A stretch of 64,000 bases of DNA from Candidatus Tepidifontimicrobium thermophilum (GTDB lineage Bacteria; Sysuimicrobiota; Sysuimicrobiia; Sysuimicrobiales; Sysuimicrobiaceae). The stretch covers positions 64,806 to 128,805 of the forward strand of contig JAVKHO010000005.1 of assembly GCA_031459915.1 (NCBI GenBank), read 5' to 3'. Shown in pieces: positions 46,298-53,090 of the stretch (its first letter is position 1; every line of letters starts with the position of its first letter). A program made the translations under genes and the position numbers. A model generated the notes under the pieces. That model was not told where the DNA came from. It did not search any database and saw only the letters and a list, made by a program, of their open reading frames with translations.

Positions 46298-46344
46298 ATT
46301 GTATTTTCCCCGGGCGGACCTGTCAACTTTGTTGTAGACAATCC
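46298..46344 (-). promoter_or_regulatory. Sigma70 promoter (TTGACA-17-TACAAT) with adjacent putative GntR operator
   Basis: Minus strand -35 at 46326-46321 and -10 at 46303-46298; TTGTAGACAATCC at 46332-46344. Confidence 0.7.
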
Positions 46345-46427
46345 GGCCCGGGTAGAGCCGGTAGGGGTGCGCTCGGTCTTGCGCCCGCTCCCCCGGCGGT
46401 CCGCCATGCTTCAGGCGCAGACTGTCG

Positions 46428-46523
46428 CTACCGCCCGAACAAGAGGAACATCAGCGACCGGATCACAAACGCCCATACCAGCAGCGGCAGCAGCCAAGGG
46501 AGGTCCTCCAGCAACGTGCTCAC
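46428..46523 (-). CDS. Putative 31-aa single-TM small protein MSTLLEDLPWLLPLLVWAFVIRSLMFLLFGR
   Basis: GTG..TAG ORF below the ORF-track cutoff; AAGGTGG SD upstream; GC-rich codon third positions; one hydrophobic helix. Confidence 0.5.
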   Translation of the reverse strand: MSTLLEDLPWLLPLLVWAFVIRSLMFLLFGR

Positions 46524-46705
46524 GTCCCACCACCTTTTGTACGGGTGACCCTGCGAGCGTGCTCTGTAGGGACACCTTCGCGAGCGGGCCGTTCCACCTC
46601 GTCCACCCCTTCGGCGGGGTAGGGTTGGGGACCGCGGCAGCAGGCCCGGCGGTTTCCCCTGAGTTGCAGACGCGGGTCACTCACGCGGTTTCCTAAGCTC
46701 GCTGC

Positions 46706-46801
46706 TGGTCGGGCCCGACGGATTTCTGCCCCGCGAATCGCTGCGCGCTTTGCGGGGATCCCGCTACCCACAGGTCGGGCCGGGCGGATTTGAACCGCCG
46801 A
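46706..46801 (-). repeat. Direct repeats of the tRNA-Pro 3' end
   Basis: 46773-46801 is an exact 29-bp copy of 46941-46969; 46706-46725 matches 46940-46959 at 18/20. Confidence 0.85.
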
Positions 46802-46939
46802 TGCCACCCCAGCCAGTCGAAGGGAGGGGTCGCCTTTCCGTGAAGACGCGCAGCGACTGGCTGGGGACCCCGGCGGGAGGTCGGCGGTTTCGTGCTGAGT
46901 TGCGCGGTGGGTCGCCAAACGGTTTACTGCTCTCCTTCC

Positions 46940-47016
46940 TGGTCGGGCCGGGCGGATTTGAACCGCCGACCTCCTGAACCCCATTCAGGTGCGCTCCCAG
47001 GCTGCGCTACGGCCCG
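46940..47016 (-). tRNA. tRNA-Pro(GGG)
   Basis: CGGGCCGTAGCGCAGCCTGGGAGCGCACCTGAATGGGGTTCAGGAGGTCGGCGGTTCAAATCCGCCCGGCCCGACCA: 77 nt, cloverleaf, encoded CCA; TATAAT at 47029-47024. Confidence 0.96.
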
Positions 47017-47039
47017 CGTGCGGATTATATCATGGTCGG

Positions 47040-47675
47040 GTGAGCGTGTCCGGCCGGCTGACCGTTGCCTTCCTGGTGCTGGTGGCCGTGTCCGTGGGAG
47101 CTTTCGCAGCCGCGGGATGGGCCAGCCGCACCCCGCACGTCCACACGGCCCGCATGTTGCAGGCCCTGCGGGACGGGGACGCGGAGACAGCCCTGGGTTG
47201 GGTGGACGTCCCCTCGGTGGCGGCCTCCGTGGTGGAGGTCCTTGAGGAGGAGTGGGTGCAGGCGCGGGCGGGAGACCCGGGCCGGTACGTGGCGTCGCCT
47301 TTGGTGCGTCCGCTGCTGCGCGGGGTGTTCGGTCTGGCGCGGGGTCAGGTCCAGCGCAGGGTGGAGGAGGAACTGCGGACCCTGCTCCGGCGCGTGGCGG
47401 AGGGCCACCCCGACGCGCCGGTGCAGCTACCGCGCTGGGGAGGCTTCCCCGTCAGCCTCGCCGCGGTGCTGTGGTTTGTGGACGTGCAGTGGCTTTCCGC
47501 GGACCGGGTGCGGCTATCTGCAGGGCCCGCGGACCAGCCGTGGCTGCGGGTAGAGATGGCGTGGCGCACGGACCGTTGGGTCGTGGTGGCCGCGGACCGG
47601 GAGTGGGTGGCCGCGCTGCTCCGCCCCCGCCTCGTCCGGCCCGAGGCATCGCCCCCGGGCAGCCCGGAACCCTAG
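47040..47675 (+). CDS. Hypothetical membrane-anchored protein (weak DUF2939-like resemblance)
   Basis: N-terminal TM segment, then ALRDGDAETALGWVDVPSV; GTG 47040 lies 6 nt after TATCAT. Confidence 0.55.
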   Translation: MSVSGRLTVAFLVLVAVSVGAFAAAGWASRTPHVHTARMLQALRDGDAETALGWVDVPSVAASVVEVLEEEWVQARAGDPGRYVASPLVRPLLRGVFGLARGQVQRRVEEELRTLLRRVAEGHPDAPVQLPRWGGFPVSLAAVLWFVDVQWLSADRVRLSAGPADQPWLRVEMAWRTDRWVVVAADREWVAALLRPRLVRPEASPPGSPEP

Positions 47676-47684
47676 GCGCCGGCG

Positions 47685-48089
47685 GTGTCTGCGGGAGAGG
47701 GCTTCCGCGAACGGGTGCTGGCCGTGGTCGCCGCCATCCCCCGCGGGAGAGTGCTGACTTACGGTGAGGTGGCGGCCCTCGCGGGCCGGCCCCGGTCTGC
47801 GCGCGAGGTGGGCTGGATCGCCCACGCCAGCACAGATGACCTCCCCTGGCACCGGGTCGTGAACCGGTTCGGGGGCTTGGCCTCAGGGTACACCGGTGGC
47901 CCTGGAGCGCAGGCCAGAGCCCTCCGGCAAGAGGGAGTACGGGTCCGCCGGAACCTGACCGTGGACCTGGCCCGCTACCGGTGGACGCCCTCGGATGCGG
48001 AGCTGGCCCGCCTCCTGGGGGGCTCCGGGCGCCCAGGAAACCCGACGTTTACAGCCGGCGGACTAGGCCCACCGCCTTCCCCTCGATGA
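47685..48089 (+). CDS. Alkyltransferase-like (ATL/YbaZ) MGMT-family protein
   Basis: [13 protein letters not shown] and PWHRV, with Trp in place of the catalytic Cys. Confidence 0.88.
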   Translation: MSAGEGFRERVLAVVAAIPRGRVLTYGEVAALAGRPRSAREVGWIAHASTDDLPWHRVVNRFGGLASGYTGGPGAQARALRQEGVRVRRNLTVDLARYRWTPSDAELARLLGGSGRPGNPTFTAGGLGPPPSPR

Positions 48090-48660
48090 CCACGTCCCGG
48101 GCGTAGATGGGTTCCATGGTCGGGTTCTCGGGCTGCAGCCGGATCCGGTCGCCCTCCCGGTAGAACCGCTTCACGGTGGCCTCGTCCCCGATGCGGGCCA
48201 CCACGATGTCCCCGTCCTGCGCGTGGGACTGCTTGCGGACCACCAGGTAGTCCCCGTCGTAGATCCCCGCGCCGACCATGGAGTCGCCCCGGACCCGGAG
48301 CAGGAAGCACTCCCCGCCGCCCACGAAGTCCTCCGGGAGGGTGAAGGAGTCCTCGATGTTCTGCTCTGCCAGGATCGGCGCCCCCGCGGTCACCCGGCCG
48401 ACCACCGGAAGCGAGACGACCCGCTTGTGGGGCAGGCTGGTGGGGTCCTTCAGGACCTCGATGGCGCGCGGCTTGCTGGGGTCCCGCCGTAGGTAACCTT
48501 TCTTCTCCAGCGCGCTGAGGTGGCTGTGGACGGTGGAGCTGCTGGTCAGGTGCAGGGCGTTGCCGATGTCCCGCACCGAGGGCGGGTACCCGCGCCGTCG
48601 CGTGTATTCGATCACGAAGTCCAGGATCTGCCGCTGCCGTCGCGTGAGCCCTCTGCTCAT
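48049..48660 (-). CDS. lexA: SOS repressor LexA
   Basis: [22 protein letters not shown] cleavage site, GDSM and TVKRF. Confidence 0.96.
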   Translation of the reverse strand: MSRGLTRRQRQILDFVIEYTRRRGYPPSVRDIGNALHLTSSSTVHSHLSALEKKGYLRRDPSKPRAIEVLKDPTSLPHKRVVSLPVVGRVTAGAPILAEQNIEDSFTLPEDFVGGGECFLLRVRGDSMVGAGIYDGDYLVVRKQSHAQDGDIVVARIGDEATVKRFYREGDRIRLQPENPTMEPIYARDVVIEGKAVGLVRRL

Positions 48661-48689
48661 GGTCCTCCCCCTTTCCGAAGCGTGCCGCT

Positions 48690-48728
48690 ATCTTACCACA
48701 CAGGCTTTCGATAGGCAAACGTCTGTTC
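48690..48728 (-). promoter_or_regulatory. lexA promoter with overlapping SOS box
   Basis: TTGCCT (48718-48713), 17 bp, TGgTAAGAT; GAAC-agac-GTTT at 48728-48717 resembles the GAAC-N4-GTTC box. Confidence 0.65.
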
Positions 48729-48815
48729 AAGCGGTCCTTGACCCCCGGGAACCGGGCACCGTAGACTAGCAGGCGAAGGCGAGGACGCACCGCCCACAAG
48801 GGGAGGTGACGAAAC

Positions 48816-50357
48816 ACGAACGCCACTGAGTTCGCCGCGCTGCTGGGCGCGGTGGGCGTGGTGGCCTTCTTCGGTGGGTACGTTCTCCGGAAGCTGATCG
48901 CGGAAGCGAAGATCCGTTCGGCGGAGCAGGAAGCCCGCCGGATCGTGGAAGAGGCGCGACGTGAGGCCGAGTCCAAGGCCAAAGAGGCCCTCCTGGAGGC
49001 CAAGGAAGAGGCGCTGCGGCTCCGTCGGGAGGCGGAGCGCGAGATCCGGGAGCAGCGTGCGGACCTCCAGCGTCTGGAGCGGCGCCTGGTCCAGCGGGAG
49101 GAGGCCCTGGATCGCAGGGCGGACCAGCTCGAGCGTCGTGAGCGCGCGATCCAGCAGCAGGAGCAGGAACTGGCCCAGCGAGCCGAGGAGGTCAACGCGC
49201 TCATCGGCGAGCAGCGGCAGGCCCTGGAACGCATTGCGGGTCTGACCGCGGAGGAAGCCCGCCAGCGGCTGCTCGAGCAGATCGAGGCGGACGTGCGCGA
49301 GGACGCCCTGGCGCGCATCCGCAAGATCGAGCGGGAGGCGCGGGAGGAAGCCGAGCGGCGGGCCCGGGAGATCCTGGCGCTTGCTATCCAGCGCACCGCC
49401 GCCGACCACACCGCGGAGGTCACCGTGTCCGTGGTGCCCCTCCCGTCCGACGAGATGAAGGGCCGGATCATCGGCCGGGAGGGCCGGAACATCCGGGCCC
49501 TGGAAGCCCTCACGGGCGTGGACCTCATCATCGACGACACCCCCGAGGCCGTGACCCTCTCCTCCTTCGACCCCGTGCGGCGGGAAGTGGCGAAGATCGC
49601 CCTGGAGAAGCTCATGTCGGACGGCCGCATCCACCCGGCCCGGATCGAGGAGATGGTGGAGAAAGCGCAGCGGGAGCTGGAGGAACGGATCGTCCAGGAG
49701 GGAGAGCGGGCGGCCCTGGAGGCGGGCGTCCACGGCCTGCACCCGGACCTCGTGAAGCTGCTGGGGCGGCTGAAGTTCCGGACCTCCTACGGCCAGAACG
49801 TGTTGCAGCACTCGGTGGAGGTGGCGCTGCTGGCGGGCGAGCTGGCGGCGCAGTTGGGCGCGGACGCGGCCCTGGCGCGACGGGCGGGGCTGCTGCACGA
49901 CATCGGCAAGGCCCTCACCCACGAGGTCCAGGGCAGCCACACGCAGATCGGGCTGGACGTCGCCCGGCGGTACCACGAGCACCCCGCGGTGCTGAACGCC
50001 ATCCTGTACCACCACGGGGAGGAGGAGGCCAAGTATGTGGAGGCGGTGCTCGTGGCCGCGGCGGACGCCATCTCCGGCTCCCGGCCCGGTGCCCGGAAGG
50101 AGTCCGTGGAGATGTACATCCAGCGGCTGCAGGCCCTGGAGCAGCTGGCCACCTCTTTCCCCGGCGTGGAGAAGGCCTACGCGATCCAGGCGGGCCGGGA
50201 GATCCGGGTCATCGTGCGGCCCAACGAGGTGGACGACCTGGCCGCGTACCGCCTGGCCCGGGACCTGGCCCGCAGGATCGAGGCGGACCTGGACTACCCG
50301 GGGCAGATCAAGGTGACGGTGCTGCGGGAGACGCGGGTGGTGGAGTACGCCCGCTGA
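48816..50357 (+). CDS. rny: Ribonuclease Y
   Basis: TM anchor, coiled coil, KH domain ([14 protein letters not shown]) and HD domain (GLLHDIGK). Start is probably ACG 48816 (see findings); the first canonical start is GTG 48852. Confidence 0.95.
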   Translation, partial: TNATEFAALLGAVGVVAFFGGYVLRKLIAEAKIRSAEQEARRIVEEARREAESKAKEALLEAKEEALRLRREAEREIREQRADLQRLERRLVQREEALDRRADQLERRERAIQQQEQELAQRAEEVNALIGEQRQALERIAGLTAEEARQRLLEQIEADVREDALARIRKIEREAREEAERRAREILALAIQRTAADHTAEVTVSVVPLPSDEMKGRIIGREGRNIRALEALTGVDLIIDDTPEAVTLSSFDPVRREVAKIALEKLMSDGRIHPARIEEMVEKAQRELEERIVQEGERAALEAGVHGLHPDLVKLLGRLKFRTSYGQNVLQHSVEVALLAGELAAQLGADAALARRAGLLHDIGKALTHEVQGSHTQIGLDVARRYHEHPAVLNAILYHHGEEEAKYVEAVLVAAADAISGSRPGARKESVEMYIQRLQALEQLATSFPGVEKAYAIQAGREIRVIVRPNEVDDLAAYRLARDLARRIEADLDYPGQIKVTVLRETRVVEYAR

Positions 50358-50376
50358 CGCAGCTGCGGAGGGGCTT

Positions 50377-50928
50377 GTGGCCGTGGGACCCTCGTACGCC
50401 ACGGAGGCCGTTCGGATCCTGCCCGACAGCGTCAGCTTCGTGGCCGCCCTGCTGGTGGAATTCCCGGAGTTCGCCTCCGCGGCCTTCCACCCGCGTGAGG
50501 GGACCCTGCGGCTCACCCTGCTGGTCGGCCGCAGGCTGCCGGCCCCTTCCCGGGTGCGGTTCGCCCGGAGGGTCGAGGACGCGGTGGCGGTCCTGCACGA
50601 GCTGGAGGGCGGGCCACCACCGCGTGTGGAGGTTCGCTGGCGGGTGGGCCCTAATTTCACCCGGTTCGACCTGGTGCGATCCGTGGACGACCTGACCGTG
50701 GAAGAGGTGCGGGTGGTAGCGCAGCTGGCCCGCGACAGCTTCGGAGGCGACCTGCTGGCGGGCGAGCGAGGTCAGGAGGAGGGGCGGGAGGAGGAGCTGC
50801 GCTACGCCCTGGAGCACGCCCGCCAGCTGCGTCCCACCCGGCCCGTGGTCGGGCTCCGGGAAGGCGGCAAGGTCCTCGTTTACTACGCCCCCCGGACCGC
50901 CCGCCGGGTGCGGGAGCCCGTTCCTTGA
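50377..50928 (+). CDS. Hypothetical protein between rny and ymdB
   Basis: 183-aa ORF whose stop overlaps the ymdB start; no recognisable motif. Confidence 0.65.
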   Translation: MAVGPSYATEAVRILPDSVSFVAALLVEFPEFASAAFHPREGTLRLTLLVGRRLPAPSRVRFARRVEDAVAVLHELEGGPPPRVEVRWRVGPNFTRFDLVRSVDDLTVEEVRVVAQLARDSFGGDLLAGERGQEEGREEELRYALEHARQLRPTRPVVGLREGGKVLVYYAPRTARRVREPVP

Positions 50929-51698
50929 GGATCCTGTTCGTAGGAGACGTGCACGGCCGGCCGGGGCGCCGGGCGGTGGCGCGGCGCGTACCCGCCCTGC
51001 GCCGCGAGTGGCAGGTGGACTTCGTGGTGGCCAACGCGGAGAACAGCGCGGGCGGGGTGGGCCTCACGCCCCAGACCGCTGCAGAGCTGTTCGAGGCGGG
51101 GGTGGACGCCCTGACGGGCGGCAACCACACCTGGGCCAAGCGGGAGGCGTACGAACTGCTGGACGCCGACCCGCGGTTGGTCCGACCGGCCAACTACCCT
51201 CCTGGGGTGCCCGGGCACGGCAGCACGGTCCTGCGGCGCGGCGGCCTCGCCCTCGCGGTGCTGAACCTCCAGGGTCGGGTTTTCATGGACCCCTTAGACG
51301 ACCCCTTCCGGGTGGCCCGGGCGGAGGTGGACCGCCTGCGGAAGGAGACGCCCTTCATCCTCGTGGACTTCCACGCGGAGGCCACCTCGGAGAAGATCGC
51401 CATGGGCTACTACCTGGACGGCCGGGTGACTGCCGTGGTGGGCACCCACACCCACGTGCAGACCGCGGACGAGCGCGTGCTCCCGGGCGGGACCGCGTAC
51501 ATCACCGACGTGGGCATGACCGGGCCCCGGGACGGGGTCATCGGGGTGGACCGAGAGGCCATCCTGCAGCGGTTTCTGACCCAGCTGCCCATCCGGTTCG
51601 AGGTGGCCACGGGTCCGGTGCAGTTCAGCGCGGTGCTGGTGGAGGCGGACAGCTCCGGACGGGCCACCGCCATCCGCCGGATCCACGAGGTGGACTGA
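50925..51698 (+). CDS. ymdB: YmdB-family metallophosphoesterase
   Basis: FVGDVHG, ANAEN, GNH, DFHAEATSEK, GTHTHVQTAD and TDVGMTG. Confidence 0.93.
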   Translation: MRILFVGDVHGRPGRRAVARRVPALRREWQVDFVVANAENSAGGVGLTPQTAAELFEAGVDALTGGNHTWAKREAYELLDADPRLVRPANYPPGVPGHGSTVLRRGGLALAVLNLQGRVFMDPLDDPFRVARAEVDRLRKETPFILVDFHAEATSEKIAMGYYLDGRVTAVVGTHTHVQTADERVLPGGTAYITDVGMTGPRDGVIGVDREAILQRFLTQLPIRFEVATGPVQFSAVLVEADSSGRATAIRRIHEVD

Positions 51699-51721
51699 GC
51701 CCAGAGGTCGGGGAGGAACCG

Positions 51722-52546
51722 GTGCGGGCAGACCTGCACACCCACACGAGGGCGTCGGACGGCACCCTCTCGCCGCGGGAGCTGGTCCGGGAGGCCAGGG
51801 CGGTGGGCCTCCAGGTGCTCGCGGTGACCGACCACGACACCGTGGACGGGATCGCGGAGGCGGTGGACGAAGCGGAGCGCCTGGGCATCGAGCTGGTGCC
51901 GGGGGTGGAGCTGAGCACGGACGTCCCCGGCAGCGAGGTCCACATCCTCGGCTACTTCGTGGACTGGCGGAGCGAGCCGTTCGGGACGTTCCTCCAGCGC
52001 CTGCGGGACGGCCGGCTGGCGCGGGCGCACGAGATGGTGCGGCGCCTGAACCAGCTGGGAGTCCCCCTGACGTTCGAGGAGGTGGTGCAGCAGGCGGACG
52101 GTGCGGTGGGCCGGCCGCACGTAGCCCGGGCCCTGGTGGCCGCGGGCTACGTGGCCACCTTCGAGGAAGCCTTCAGCCGCTACCTGGCCCGGGGCAGGCC
52201 TGCCTACGTGGAGCGGGAGCGCTTCACGCCCGAGGAGGCGGTGGAGGCAATCCTCCGGGCGGGCGGGGTCCCCGTGTTCGCCCACCCGCTCTGGGGCGGG
52301 GAGCGGGATCGGGTGGCGGGGCTGGCAGACCGAGGCCTTGTGGGGATCGAGGCCTACTACCCGGAACACTCGCCGCAGGACGTGCAGCGGTTCCTGCAGT
52401 GGGCGGAGGAGTTCGGCTTGGTCGCCACAGGGGGCAGCGACTACCATGGACCGGGGCCCGCGAGCCGCGCCCCCCTGGGTAGCGTGTACGTCCCTCCGGG
52501 TGCGGTGGATGCCCTGCGGGCGGCCCGGGAGCGGGCGCACCGGTAG
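51722..52546 (+). CDS. PHP domain protein (YciV/TrpH-like)
   Basis: DLHTHTRASDG, VTDHDT, GVELS, VHILGY, GRPHVA, AHP and GGSDYHG. Confidence 0.92.
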   Translation: MRADLHTHTRASDGTLSPRELVREARAVGLQVLAVTDHDTVDGIAEAVDEAERLGIELVPGVELSTDVPGSEVHILGYFVDWRSEPFGTFLQRLRDGRLARAHEMVRRLNQLGVPLTFEEVVQQADGAVGRPHVARALVAAGYVATFEEAFSRYLARGRPAYVERERFTPEEAVEAILRAGGVPVFAHPLWGGERDRVAGLADRGLVGIEAYYPEHSPQDVQRFLQWAEEFGLVATGGSDYHGPGPASRAPLGSVYVPPGAVDALRAARERAHR

Positions 52547-52590
52547 GGGCAGGGCCGGGAACGGGGCCAGCAACTGGCGGGAGGCGTGCC

Positions 52591-52812
52591 ATGCGGTGTC
52601 CGAGGTGCGGGGCGGAAAACCCGGAGCGGAAGATCGTCTGCCGCAAGTGCGGGGCGCGGCTGCGGCCGACGGCGCCGGCCTCCTCGCCCGTCACGCAGGA
52701 GACGGAGGCCGAGCTCATGTGGCGCCTCCGCTGGGACCTGCTGCGGGTGGGGGTCACGTTCGCCCTGTCCGCGGCGGTGGCGGTGGCTCTGGGGCTTTTC
52801 GTCCTGCGGTGA
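52591..52812 (+). CDS. Small zinc-ribbon membrane protein
   Basis: MRCPRCGAEN...CRKCGARL plus a C-terminal TM segment; GGAGG SD. Confidence 0.75.
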   Translation: MRCPRCGAENPERKIVCRKCGARLRPTAPASSPVTQETEAELMWRLRWDLLRVGVTFALSAAVAVALGLFVLR

Positions 52813-52827
52813 CGTATAATCCAGGGG

Positions 52828-53069
52828 AAGGCGACGCGGGGGAGGAGTAGCCGCACGGCCGGCGCAGCGAGGGCCCGGCGGTGTGAACGGCCCGCCGGTC
52901 CGACGGTGAACGTCGCCCCCAAGCCGCGGGAGGAACCGGAGTAGAACCCGCCGGGTGGCGCCCGTGACCGCGCCCCGAGGGCCGGGCTGCCGGCCGAGCC
53001 GTCGGCGGGCCCGGAAGGAAGGTGGTACCGCGGAGCGCCGCTCCGTCCTTTCGGACGGGCGGCGCTTTC
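52828..53069 (+). ncRNA. T-box leader (Val)
   Basis: TATAAT at 52815-52820; AGTAG and AGCGA stem-I motifs; specifier GTC at 52912-52914; T-box AAGGTGGTACCGCGG at 53019-53033; terminator-like hairpin at 53034-53066. Confidence 0.88.
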
Positions 53070-53090
53070 CCGTTGGGAGGTGTGTGCTCG

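Noticed and set aside
46411..46680. 89-aa ORF from the track, and the overlapping 46520-46984 ORF
   Set aside because: They run through the hairpin or tRNA sequence and lack protein-like features; the 31-aa ORF in another frame has a better SD and composition.
46530..46700. Known riboswitch (cobalamin, glycine, THF, ZTP, yybP, c-di-AMP) or SRP RNA
   Set aside because: Only scattered short matches, not in the required order; kept as an unclassified structure.
46706..46969. CRISPR array
   Set aside because: Only 2-3 unequal copies with irregular spacing; the repeat is tRNA-derived and no cas genes are present.
47685..48089. Active O6-methylguanine methyltransferase
   Set aside because: PWHRV replaces PCHRV, which marks the known ATL family rather than a novelty.
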